64,000 nucleotides of DNA. Origin: Pavona decussata. Taxonomy: Eukaryota. The notes beneath the pieces were generated by a model. That model worked only from the letters and a program-made list of their open reading frames with translations. It was not told the DNA's origin and did not search any database. Of the stretch, positions 12,415-25,734 are shown piece by piece. The stretch spans positions 2,542,001 through 2,606,000 of the forward strand of contig CDRNST010000196.1 in NCBI GenBank assembly GCA_977016875.1, given 5' to 3'. The position numbers and the translations under genes were made by a program. Position 1 is the stretch's first letter; the number at the start of each line of letters is the position of its first letter.

Positions 12415-12765
12415 TAGAGACCTTTGCTTTTCTAGTACGAGTTCGACTATAAATACGAGATTTGACTCCAATTATTTTAGCAAAGTACTAAGAAGAGATA
12501 TATTCCAAGAAGCTTTATTTCACTCAGTTTGTGAGCTACGAACTTGACGAGGTTTTTTTTAAATAGTGACAGCTAAGTCCTTTCGTGATTCCAAAGAGAT
12601 GAGATCACTTACGAGGACTTCAGTGTTTTCACCACTACGTCGTTCTCACAAAAACGTAGTAAAATGATGACGGCCATCTCCTTTTCTCGCAAAAATGACA
12701 CTGATTCGCGTGCACTCTTTGTCTATTGGAAAAACTCGTATTCGTATTAGAATCTAAGGTCTGTA
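12415..12765. mobile_element. MITE with TAGAGACCTT termini (unit B copy)
   Basis: Terminal inverted repeat TAGAGACCTT..AAGGTCTGTA. Confidence 0.6.
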
Positions 12766-14414
12766 TTGAGTCATGGGCTGGGACACTGCCCACAGGTGAT
12801 GCTGAGCGCATGCAATGGGAGTCTGTCAGAGGAAATAAAACGACAATATTATGACCTTTAAAGCTTCCACTTTTAAAACTCTTGCCGTCTGGGTAATGTT
12901 AGTTGGTTTACTAAAATAAACGCTGGACTGGTTTAAGGGCAGCGCAGAATCCTGTCCTACCCTCGGTTCTGCACCTTCGATGGGCAATCACCATTAAATA
13001 TCATTTCGTTTGCCAACCCGGCGACCCAATTTTTTCAAAGCTTCTGATGCTATTGCCTGCTAACATTTCTCAGGTGTTTCCAACTTAAATATGCTTTGTA
13101 TACTCAATATTTAAATTATCCCTTATAACGACGTCTTCGAACACATTTTAGAGTCAATAGTTGTTCTTTGCAAAATGGACTGCACGAGGAACTAAGTTCA
13201 CTCGGCGGCTTTTTCATAACCGATCGATCCACTGTCACAAGAGAGAGGGCGATGAAAAATCAAATAGTTTATGGCGATGTCTGATCCAGAAAAGCTGGAG
13301 TGGAATGTCATGAGAATTTTGGTCTTCGACAGGTCCCGAGGAATTTTTTTTTTCTACAGTGCTCTCTTTTCAATGTTCCATCAAACTTATTCGTTTCACA
13401 TATAGGAAAAAATTATCTTCGTCCTTTTCTCTATCATGTGTAAACCGAACAACCTATCGTCAATAATCCCTGACCGAAGACAAATCAATATCGTGAAGAA
13501 AATGCCAGTAAATAGGGTCTAAAGAGAGAGTTAAAGAACGAACGGACCACTTAATAAATGGATACAAGGTAACCGGCATTAGAACTGGCAATTAGTCAAT
13601 AAGATCAGCTACAGGTCTCGCCGGATACATTCAATTCACACTGTTTTGCCTAATCAGTTCCAATATCGCGGATTTACCTCAAAAAGGTCTTTTACTAAAG
13701 CGTAAAAAGTTTCCGGTTTCTCAATCAGTCAGTTCTTAATTCTGGTGAAATTCGCCCAAAAAAATTGGGATAAAACCAATCAGAGTGTTCTAAGGGCTGT
13801 CCGTGGATTCTGATCAACTTAACTAAGCGCCACAACTTTACAAACTTTTCGGTGCGGTTTTGAAAGGTTAGGATAATAAAATGAGATATGTAACACGTAA
13901 TAATTGTGATGTTCAAGAAAACGAGGATTATATTGAGTGTGTCGCTTCCTTGCTTTCTACATTTGCATATCACTTAATTTTCCGGTCCATAAAATATCCA
14001 TAATTTTTATTTAATAGTAAATACTTGAACCAACCGTCCTTCTCGCCCTAAAAGTAAACTTTATCGCTCGCCATTTACCCATAGATAGTCCATAGCCACA
14101 TTCGTCACGTTTTATATATCTCTATATTTACCATTTACAGCGCCTTGTATTATATGCGCCGCCCGATACAGACTATAAACACAGAATCCTCGAAGCCAAT
14201 ATCAGTAAACGGATCAGATACCACTACAACAATTGGCGTCATCATTTTTCGCCGGATTTCTTTTCTTTATCGCGACTCTATCTATCGCTTGTTGCAACAG
14301 TGAAACCAGAAAATTTTCGTCAAAGCTGTACAGATTCTTGGTATATTTGGCCGCTGTGTAAGCCTGTTGGACCAAAATTAAGCACAAGTAACTACATGAT
14401 GCCGGCGACTTCAT

Positions 14415-14524
14415 GCAGCGACGTGACTTACGGCTTTGTGATTTCGCAATGTTGGAAGGTGTGACTCCCTTCAGGCAGCGACGTGACTTACCCTTTGTGA
14501 TTTCGCAATGTTGGAAGGTGTGAC
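14415..14524. repeat. ~59-bp period tandem duplication (GCAGCGACGTGACTTAC..GGAAGGTGTGAC x2); also ~23241-23350
   Basis: Direct repeat visible in units B and C. Confidence 0.85.
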
Positions 14525-16929
14525 ATTCACGTCATTACAATCACGGTATTAGCATTGTTAAGATTTTTGTCGCGCCGAACGGTTTCTTTTTTTTTACTTT
14601 CTCCTAAATACACCATAGCGAAAAAATTTGACATAACTTAATTGAAACGCAATAATTTAATATTAAGGTGTTCATTTCACAACCTTTCTTTGCTTTCTTT
14701 GTTTTATTACAATATTAAGAACACCTGTTAAAACCATGCGCTTCAACAGAAGCAGCGAAAATGACAATACAAACACCGTCATGTTTGTCTTTACTTTTTG
14801 TCTCTTTGACAATGTTGCCAACGCACGAATTTCCCTCTGACGATCGTTCATCTTGGCGCGGTATGAGAAAACCCTTGACCTGTTTGACCGCAAATGGTTG
14901 GCTTTTATTTGGTTCAAATGCAAAAGGAATTTCCTAAGGAACAATATTTAAGTAATTTCTTCTGTCGCAATAAAATTATACCTTGAAAAGACAACCGTAT
15001 GTTACAGATTACAGTTATCCCAATATTAAAACTAACTTGAGTTTCCGATTTGTAATTTTCATGCAGTCTCCCTTGATGGACCTTAACTAACCTCGTAATC
15101 TAAGTGTTGTTAATAAACCTTGCAGTCGTACCTGGAAATATCCATTATTACTTAAACTTGGATCGCTGTGTCTATGGTGGATCACTCAAGTTGTCTGCTC
15201 CAGTCAAAGGCATAGACAACCAGAAACAAGTATATATGTGGTCCGATTATATTTGCTGTCAACCAAAACTGCACAGCTGTATACTACCAACAAGACGCGC
15301 CAAATGAGGGATGGATTCGGTACAAGTCGGTCAACCGCTATTCTGATTTATTCAAACGTCTCAAGTGCGAACCTAAAGGAGACTTTTACTGATACGATAC
15401 AATTTCCATGAAAAGTTTTATTTTTTCGTAATCTAAAGAAACGTGTACATATTCGAATTGTTAGAAAAAAGCGGTGTGGTGGCTTGATTGACTAGATGGA
15501 AAGAATGTTTTATGTACAGCTTGTGATCACAATTCAGGAAACAAGGCACATATTAGGTAGAAATCCTGCTAGTAACGGTTAGTGACCAAACTGCACGCTT
15601 AATATATTTCTGAGTTTATGTATCATTCCATGTAAGTAAAATTTATTTAGAGAGTTTTTGCAAAGCAGATCAAAACGGGATGGGCCTAACCTGCATCGCA
15701 GGCGTAGCTGAAGGGGGAGAGGTGAAAAACAGAAAGACAAAAAGTCCTCTCCCTCTCCCTCTCTCGTTCTCCCAACTACTCCACCAATAGAAGAATCGTA
15801 CGGGTTTGCTTTAGTGTACATACAACAGTTTCTGTCGGTCGTTTCTCTAGAATTCGATAGTCCTGTAGACTGGTATCTTGTCTCCTTACATTTTTTTTCC
15901 AAAATATTCTTAAAATTTTGCAGTAGACTGAGTAAATAAACTTTGGTAAGAAAAAACCGCCTTGTAAAATTTTTTTAGAGTTGAAACGACAACGCAAATA
16001 CAAATAGTTCCTTGATCCTTTTTGTTTGTTTGTTTGTTTGTTTGTTTGTTTGTTTTTGTTACCTCAATAATCCGGCATTCTTTGGAAAACGTTTCTAGTT
16101 TCTGCTTGAACAACACGGAAAGTAAACCAATATTTTAGTTATTGCACTATTCTACAACTATTACGCGTTTTGTCTTCAGAAACACTTTATAAGGGCGCTG
16201 TCAGGAAGTTGTGTTTTTGCTGTATGCTGCTCGAATACTGGACAAAGAACCTTTTCTCAAACATAAAATTGGGACGAAAGTATTATATATTCCTCCGTGG
16301 AAGAACAAGCCAGTTTTTAGTAATTCTCCAAATATCCAGTGAGAATTTGAAAAAATTGACCAATTTTGGCCAAGTTGCAATGTATTCTCATCCCAGCTTC
16401 GCACTAGAAGGGTTATTGTTAACAAAACTGGAGCATTATTTTATTGCTTCCATCGATACAAGTACATTTGTTGGCTAAACAAAATAACATGACACATAGG
16501 TGACATTGCACCTTTAACCTTCGACAATTTTACAAGCTTAGCAAAACAAAACAAAAATACAGTTTCGTTGACAAGTAGGTGTTACTTGCTCCCTAGGGCG
16601 AGGTAATAATGTTAGGCTGTTCTTTTTACGGAAGAAATTATAGATGCAGAATAGAACTGATTGAAAATATTGCTCGTTAAGAAGCTTCATGAGGGTCGTG
16701 GATTGGCTCTCTTAATGGGTGGTTTGCAACCAATCCCTAGAGATCCAGAAGACAATGATGTGGCAGCCATGTTGGATGACAGAACCATTTCTTCTGTCAT
16801 CCAACAGGTGCAAACCACCTATACCAGTCACAGCTAGACACAGTAACCAGTGCTTACTAAACAACGGTTGTCGGCGTACTTTAGTCGTGTTCTATTTCCC
16901 AAGTATTCCTCAATACTGGTCTTCTTGGT

Positions 16930-16962
<33 letters not shown>

Positions 16963-19025
16963 TGTTTTGTTCTGCGGGGAGGGGTTATTATTTAAATCTC
17001 CAACAACATTGCCTTGCCGGCGGGAGATGGAAGAAGACATTATTTTGCTAACAGTCAATTTTCAATAATTGTAGCCAGACCCTAGGGACTGGTCAAAACG
17101 TATAAGGTGGGGTGGGCCGGAGCATTTGGAAATGTGGTAGTTAAAAAACAAATGTCCCACCCCCTCCTTTTGGCACAAAGCTGACTGACCCACTCTTGAA
17201 TGAAGGTTGAAAATTACGTGACCCACCCCCTATTAAACATGGAGTATTTTTTGGCAATATAAACTCAAGGAAACCACATCTTTTGTATGACAAAATCATT
17301 AATAATGCCAACAAGATTGTATTAGAAAACTGAAAATGGTTTCCTGAACAGAATATTTCTGTTTTACTCGCCTCATCAAAAAATTGTCTTCGGTGCATTT
17401 GTTCCGTTCAGATTTTTACGATAATGTTACACCAGCATGCCTGCCTATGTGTAGCAATATTCAATCTTTGATTTAGTGAATTTTATTTGATTTACATCAA
17501 AATTCCTTGGACGTTATTTGTTTACGGACTTAAAGGGGTAAACTGATAAGGTTCCCTTTTGTGTGTTTGTTGTTGTTGTTGTTGTTTTTTGTTGTTGTTG
17601 TTGTTGTTTTTTTCCTGCTTCCGGTTTTCTATTTGTCAAAAACGTGCTAAATTCATATAAAATTATCACCCACAAATGAGAATTGTTTCTACTGCACAAA
17701 GGGGTCGATATGAAGTGAATTTGCAAATGAAGAACGAGCCCGAAGTCGACCTGACTTGTTCAAGCCGGCACTTATTGCTGTCACGCATGGCCAGCCAGAC
17801 CCAAACATCAGATTCTTATTAACCAAAAATTTTTGTAATAGTTTCTCTGCACTATGGTAGCCGTTTTCAGCAAAACTCTTGCGGTATGTTTAGACTACAA
17901 CCTTGATTTTCGACTAAAATACATACAGGCCTTAAAACTGTTTCATTTGTGGATCACAAAATTTTTAATAGTTGTGCCGGTTGCGTTTCAAAGACAAACA
18001 CTCAGATTTAAAGTTAGTTTCTATTGTATTGGTAAGCAAATTAAAGTAATTTACACACTGTGTTTACTTAAACCAGTAATGCTGAAAAAGTTAACTCCTT
18101 TAAAGAACTGTAAGTAAAGTAAAGTAAAAACTTTATTTACCCTGCGAAAATGAATCAGCTATACAGTAGGTGTCACTGGTATAAATTCACGTGCAGCCAA
18201 TTATTATTACATATATGTTCTGCATAAGGAATATTATATACACATCAAAAACGTAAGATTAGTAAAAATTACATAATGATAATGAAATAATGAAAACTAT
18301 AAGTCACCTATATATCGCTCTGCATTTGAAAGGTTTTTACATTTCAACTATTAACGCAACTAAGATAATCAAGGGCGGACAAATCTTATTTTTCAAATGC
18401 ATAAACTCAATAACAAGCACCAACAAATACAACAACAACAACTTTATTTGATATACTTAAATCTTTTACAGGAATACACAGCCCGCATAAAGCAGAGTCT
18501 ATTGAGGCAGGCTGTATAACTTAATAATTATTACAAATATGAATAAAATTAGACTAAATCAGTAAGAGTAGATAAGTACACGCATTTCGTTCTTTTAAGC
18601 AACTAAATAAGGGGAAATTTAAATGCGACCTCTAAATGCTGACATTCATTCAACTTATGATACATAGAGTTTTATAGAAGATGTGATCTATAGTTATTTT
18701 GTAAATGTATTTTGATACTCCACAAAGAAAAAAATATATAAGGTTAATAAAAGTGATATTACACAACATACCGCTTATTATACAAGATAACATAATCCTT
18801 ATTACACAACAAACCTCGTAACAAGACACTTGATTTTCAATTTTCAAAATAATTACCTGTCTTCCAATACCATTACATAACTTCCAGTCGATTTTTTACT
18901 ACAGAAATAAATAATAACTATGCTAGTTTGGATATTTGTGCTCATTTTCATGCTCGTATCATTGATACAACAACAACCGTTATTCGCTAGAACTATTTTT
19001 TTTTTAATCGCAGATTATATCTATA

Positions 19026-19574
19026 TCATATCAACGAATAGTAATAGTTACTGTAGCAATACACCAACCTATTATGTAATTCCCTCAAACTTTTCCCGTC
19101 AATCTTCAGTTCCTTTTCAATTTGCTTACAAACTGCCCCTCTGCGCTTTCCTTTCACTGATGGTAGAAACCCATTTTCCGTACTCTTTTTGTCCCCTTCC
19201 AGCCATGTTTCAGCCATTTCCATTGCGTTTTTTGCGTTGACACCACAAGGATGATCCAGGCCGGTGATTTCGCGTTCGCCCAGAAAGACCACTTCACTGG
19301 CACCAGTGCGAAGCAAAGTCGCCCGGGGTATTTTTTCTTCGGAAAATGACTCCTGCCTGCAGGCAGTGTAATGCTTGTCTGGCTTGTGAACTGATTGGCA
19401 ATCGAACGAAAGTTCATTGCAACGAACCTCTTGATTGTCGACCGATTCTTGATGCAGAACAGCCATCAAGTACATTTCCCAGACGACGGAGCTTCTACCG
19501 GGCCTTCGCTTTTCATCCCTGTTTTCCCGAGATGAGTTGAAACATTTTCCTGCGTTCTTCGTTCTGCTACTCAT
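19026..19574 (-). CDS. Intronless orphan protein, 182 aa (copy C)
   Basis: Intact; ends in TGA rather than TAG because of a local rearrangement at the stop. Confidence 0.7.
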   Translation of the reverse strand: MSSRTKNAGKCFNSSRENRDEKRRPGRSSVVWEMYLMAVLHQESVDNQEVRCNELSFDCQSVHKPDKHYTACRQESFSEEKIPRATLLRTGASEVVFLGEREITGLDHPCGVNAKNAMEMAETWLEGDKKSTENGFLPSVKGKRRGAVCKQIEKELKIDGKSLRELHNRLVYCYSNYYYSLI

Positions 19575-19999
19575 CGCGATAAACCTGACGTGGGATTGAA
19601 GAGTTCAAATGAGCCAAAACAGGACACCGAAGCTACTTTATACCGATTATTATATATCTTATTGACCAGAGGCACCTTGCATGGAACGTGATCTGGCACG
19701 TGACGAGTCTTACATCCATTTCTTTTATTTTTCAATTAGCCGTGAAGTGTGATTTCTTGGCAAGCAGACAAATTTTTAACCAATTTTTTTGGGAAACAGT
19801 TCCTTGCTTTTCAGTGAAAAGTGAACTGGACAAGACTATAGAAGTTTCGAGTTTTCCCAAGTTTTTTTTTTTTTTTCTCAACTTTCTAGAAGCCGAGAAT
19901 GAACATTTTTTTTTACCCACATTCTTCCGAATCCCCGATACCGAGCGAATTCGACACCAGTCCTATTCAGACACATGGGCGATTTAACTTATTGCTTTT

Positions 20000-20033
<34 letters not shown>

Positions 20034-21262
20034 TTTTTTTTCTTTGTTACAAATATAAAAGAACAGCACAAGTTAAAAGTTCGCTTGCAAGTCACTTCGC
20101 CCGTCCTTTAGATGACTTCAATGAAGAAAGGCACCACTTGACCTTTTCATCAATCCTGGGGGCCCAGTCAGCGTTGCCTCCACGCGTTGCCTTGCAAAAT
20201 ATCGTTGTGGAAAAGTTGAGTTAGTAAACATATTTCGTAGACTTTGTTTTCACGAAAAAAACCAACACGACCTGACTTCAACCACAGACGTAACCCAAGG
20301 ACACGCTTGGCTATTTCGCAATATTGTATACTTAAAAAATTAAAAGACGTCACATTGACGCTTGATCACTGTTTCAGAGAAGTATGTACAGATCCGAGAG
20401 GAAGGAAATTCTCGATTATCAGTCCTCACAAAATAAATAATACGGCTTATAATATAGCTATAATATAATTTTATCCTTTTCATTATTTTGCCAGACCTAG
20501 GTCTCCCTCATCCCAAAAACTTCTCAGCACAGATAGAAAAAAGGTAATACAAATTTGCCTTTGATTTTTCAGTGCTCTCACGTCGCCGACCCCGAATCGG
20601 TAGCAAAAACTACCCTGCGAGCAGTGATTTCTCCGCCGGAGGCTGCTACGTGTAGGTGACCCCTGCTCGCAGAAGAAAAATCCGCCGTCATTTTTGAAAT
20701 AAACAAATAAAAATTTCCTGTCAGGTTTTCAATTCTTTTCGCACCCATTCCAGTAATTTCGTTGTTACTCTGAAAATTAAGAAACAGTTTCCAAGGCATA
20801 ATGTCCTTCCATGAAACTGAGATGGAAGAGATCTCAAAAAACTTCACAATCTGCAGTGATCCCGAATCACTCGGAGGCCGTGGATGTTTCCATTCCGACT
20901 AATCGCAGACTCGAGTTCCGCTTTAACGAGTTCTCATCATAACAAATTGACTACTTGTGCTTCCTTAATTAAGCACGTAACTGAGCTCTAAAATGAACTA
21001 AAACTGAATGAAACTTCCGGGAATTCGTTAAGGCTCGGGTCGCCGGTGTGCGTGCTGAGAATCAGAGATCGGCGGAAATAGCACTGGCGAGTGTTTATCA
21101 GTGTTTGTTATGAAACTGTAGTACATCTCGACTACCGCTTCATCAACCAGAGGAAACATTCCGAAATTATAAAGACCAGAAGGCGAAAGTTGTTTACAGT
21201 GGTTCTGAAAAGATTGCGGAATTTTTTTTTTTTTTTTTTTTTTATCAATTTTTTTTTATCAA

Positions 21263-21605
21263 TAGAGACCTTTATTGTTCCAGGACGAATACAAGGGATT
21301 TGACTTCAATTATTTTAGCGAAGTACTAAGAAGAGATATATCTCAAGAAGCTTCGTTTCACTCACTTTGTGAGCTACGAACTTGACGAAGTTGTTTTGAA
21401 TATATAACAGCTAAGTCCTTTCGTGTTTCCAAAGAGATGAGATCACCTACGAAGACTTCGGTGTTTTCACCACTACGTCGTTCTCACAAAAACGTAGTAA
21501 AATGACGACGGTCATCTCCTTTACTCGCAAAAATGACACTGATTTGCGCGCACTCTTCAGCTCTATTGGAAAAACTCGGATTCGTATCAGAATCTAAGGT
21601 CTCTA
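21263..21605. mobile_element. MITE with TAGAGACCTT/AAGGTCTCTA termini (unit C copy)
   Basis: Perfect 10-bp terminal inverted repeat. Confidence 0.6.
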
Positions 21606-24600
21606 TTAAGTCATAGGCCGGGACACTGCCCACAGGTGATGCTAAACGCATCAGAAGAAAAGAAGGAAAATGTTATGACCTCTAAAGCTTCCAGTTTTAA
21701 AACTCTTGCCGTCTGTGTAATGTTAGTTGGTTTACTAAAATAAAGCTGGATTGGTTTAAGGGGAGAGCAGAATCCTGTCCTACCCTCGGTTCTGCACCTT
21801 CGATGGGCAATCACCATTAAATATCATTTCGTTTGCCAACCCGGCGACCCAATTTTTTCAAAGCTCCTGATGCTATTGCCTGCTAACATTTCTCAGGTGT
21901 TTCCAACTTAAATATGCGTTGTATACTCAATATTTAAATTATCCCTTATAACGACGTCTTCGAACACATTTTAGAGTCAATAGTTGTTCTTTGCAAAATG
22001 GACTGCACGAGGAACTAAGTTTACTCGGCGGCTTTTTCATAACCGATCGATCCACTGTCACAAGAGAGAGGGCGATGAAAAATCAAACAGTTTATGGCGA
22101 TGTCTGATTCAGAAACGCTTGAGTGGAATGTCATGAGAATTTTGGTCTTCGACAGGTCCCGACGAATTTTTTTTTTCTACAGTGCTCTCTTTTAAATGTT
22201 CCATCACACTTATTCGTTTCACATATAGGAAAAAATTATCTTCGTCCTTTTCTCTATCACGTGTAAACCGAACAACCTATCGTCAATAATCCCTGACCGA
22301 AGACAAATCAATATCGTGAAGAAAATGCCAGTAAATAGGGTCTAAAGAGAGAGTTAAAGAAGGAAAGACCACTAAATAAATGGATACAAGGTAACCGGCA
22401 TTAGAACTGGCAATTAGTCAGTAAGATCAGCTAGGTCTCACCGGATATTTTCAATTCACACTGTTTTGCCTAATCAGTTCCAATATCGCGGGTTTACCTC
22501 AAAAAGGTCTTTAACTAAAGCGTAACAAGTTTCCGGTTTCTCAGTCAGTTTCTTAATTCTGGTGAAATTCGCCCAAAAAAATGGGATAAAACCAATCAGA
22601 GTGTTCTAAGGGCTGTCCGTGTGGATACTGATCAACTTACTAAGCGCCACAACTTTACAAACTTTTCGGTGCGGTTTTGAAAGTTTAGGATAATAAAATG
22701 AGATATGTAACACGTAATAATTGTGATGTTCAAGAAAGCGAGGATAATATCCTACAATGTTTGAGTGTGTCGCTTCCTTGCTTCTTACATTTGCATATCA
22801 CTCAATTTTCCGGTCCATAAAATACCCATAATTTTAATTTAAAAGTAAATACTTGAACCAACCATCCTTCTCGCCTTAAAAGTAAACTTTATCGCTCGCC
22901 ATTGACCCATAGATCGTCCATAGCCACATTCGTCACGTTTTATATATCTATATTTACCATTTACAGCGCCTTGTATTATACGCGCCGCCCGATACAGACT
23001 ATAAACACAGAATCGTCGAAGCCAATATCAGTGAACGGATCAGATACCACTACAACAATTGGCGTCATCATTTTTCGCCGGATTTCTTTTCTTTATCGCG
23101 ACTCTATCTATCGCTTGTTGCAACAGTGAAACCAGAAAATTTTCGTCAAAGCTGTACAGATTCTTGGTATATTTGGCCGCTGTGTAAGCCTGTTGGACCA
23201 AAATTAAGCACAAGTAACTGCATGATGCCGGCGACTTCATGCAGCGACGTGACTTACGGCTTTGTGATTTCGCAATGTTGGAAGGTGTGACTCCCTTCAG
23301 GCAGCGACTTGACTTACCATTTGTGATTTCGCAATGTTGGAAGGTGTGACATTCACGTCATTACAATCACGGTATTAGAATTGTTAAGATTTTTGTCGCG
23401 CCGAACGGTTTTTTTTTTTTTTACTTTCTCCTAAATACACCATAGCGAAAAAATTTGACATAACTTTATTGAAACGCAATAAATTAATATTAAGGTGTTC
23501 ATTTCACAACCTTTCTTTGCTTTCTTTGTTTTATTAGAAAATTGAGAACACCTGTTAAAACCATGCGCTTCAACAGAAGCAGCGAAAATGACAATACAAA
23601 CACCGTCATATTAGTCTTTACTTTTTGTCTCTTTGACAATGTTGCCAACGCACGAATTTCCCTCTGACGATCGTTCCTCTTGGAACGGCATGAGAAAACC
23701 CTTGACCTGTTTGACTGCAAATGGTTGGCTTTTGTTTGGTTCAAATGCAAAAGGAATTTCCTAAGGAACAATATTTAAGTAATTTCTTCTGTCGAAATAA
23801 AATTATACCTTGAAAAGACAACCGTATGTTACAGATTACAGTTATCCCAAAAATTAAAACTAACTTGAGTTTCCATTTGTAATTTCCATGCAGACTCCCT
23901 CGATGGAGCAGTAAGACAGGCAGGAATGGTCGACGATTGTGGCGGCCCAATATGGTTTATCCACAACTATTTTTTACGTTGGGACGTACACATGATTTTG
24001 TCTTGCCTCAGGAGTGAGTGAGTTTGAGTGAGTGAATTTGTGCTAACTGTAAATTTTTTTATTTAAACTATCCGCTCCTGTGGCTGTTCTAAGTGATGTA
24101 TGCCATTCACTGCAATGGGAACTAAAGTTTTCTTAACAAAAAAAATCCAAGCGTGTTTTCTCTTCACGTTGTTTAGTTGATAAATGGCATGACAAAAGAA
24201 CAAAGAAACCGGAATTGTCTGAAGAGTGTTTACCAGTCCTTGACGTGATTCCATGACGTAATCTCTTGTAAGTTGCGTGACCTTGTTCAATTAATTTCAA
24301 TAGATTACCTGCGAGTTTTGCTTGTTATTTTTTGGAAAACTTATTTCGTCGGCCGGCAAGAAACGAAAAGCGAAATATACCTTTTCTCCCGTTTAGTCAT
24401 ACAATACACATACACCCTTTAACCTTCCCCCACCCTATCGTAACAAGATCAATTTATTTTTAGGTAGTAAGCACACCCCAGATCAGGATGAAAGGTGGGG
24501 TACAAGTTATATAAGCTTAACTTATCATCACTCGTAAGATACGATCAAGCTTATATCTTCCTTTTTTTCCTCCGAAAATGTTTTTGACGGTAACGATAAA

Positions 24601-24727
24601 ATGGAAACAAAAAAATGCATCGTGACGGGAAAGACATTGTTTATCGCAGTTACTGCTTGTACACTAGACTCAAATATATTTAGTATTAAACTCTGATTAG
24701 CCAGGGCTGGGAAGAAGCTACGTAGTA

Positions 24728-25143
24728 ATGGAAGCTGAGCGTTCTATATTGAAGAAAAGTGCACGAAAAATGCAATAAAAAAAAACACTTATCGACGTAA
24801 TAGTGTAGTCGATGAAGTCCTTCTTAGCCTATTTGGCCATCATGTGACGGGACGGACATGTTTGAAAGAGCTCCTAGAATGTAGCCGGGTTTTTGGCTCT
24901 CAGACGAAGACGTATATAACAACAAACTAGACTTTTAAAGAATACGCCTATTTGGTCGACAAAGCATACCAAAGCGGGGACCAAAGCCTTTCTCCCGTTT
25001 CAGTCTCTGAAGAAGATCTGTTTAAACTAGATACCAGCGTCTGTTTTCTAAAGTCTGACAGATTGAAATTTGTGTTACGTGTTCATTTTCATTATTTCAG
25101 CTTGGGTGTTCTCCTTACTCATGGCTTGGAGCGGCCTCAGTGA
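24728..25143 (+). pseudogene. Possible decayed intronless ORF (..TYRRNSVVDEVLLSLFGHH..)
   Basis: Frame 24739-25143 is open apart from one TAG (24928-24930); the upstream ATG at 24728 is out of frame. Weak resemblance to the SSVVWEMYL motif of the 182-aa family. Confidence 0.2.
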
Positions 25144-25734
25144 CTCCAACGATTAAAACGTGATATTATGAGGATCATAGTTAAGTTAGACTTTTCATTT
25201 TGTTTAAATAAACGAAGCAAAAATATGCGAAAATGGTGCAGTTTTCGAGGGTTCTGAATTGCCGCCGTGATTCGTAACCTAACGTGACCTCATGGCTTGT
25301 AGCTTGAACAGAAATAATCCATAGATTCAGCCTTAATTCTTGAAACCGAAAGCTTCAGCAGTACTAGGGTATTTGGTCAATTGACAGATGTAACTTCTTC
25401 TCTTTTTCTTTTTTCATTACAACATTGTCATCGGTATGGAGCAACTTGACCAAATGTCTGTCATATTCGAAATTCATATGTTTTAACAGAAACGTAAGAA
25501 TGATAATGAGATGTTGATTGGATGCACCACAGCGGGCATGGACGGTATGCTTAGCCTTGTCACCTTGCTACAATAGCTGGTAATGACAGAATCTCTCAGT
25601 GGATGACTAGCATTTGTCACAGCTCACTATCAAATGTGACAAATAGATTGAACGGTGAGAGATGTGATGACACAGAAGTCACCTGAAAAGGTCATCAAAG
25701 CACGGATCTACCAGTTTTGCTTACAAGTATAAAT

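Larger units (their letters stand above)
1039..23907. repeat. Tandem segmental array of three gene-containing units (A 1039-~6990; B ~7007-~16777; C ~16778-23907)
   Basis: Colinear near-identical sequence: 1039-6990 matches 8355-14103 and 17551-22931; 7007-15080 matches 16778-23907. Confidence 0.95.
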
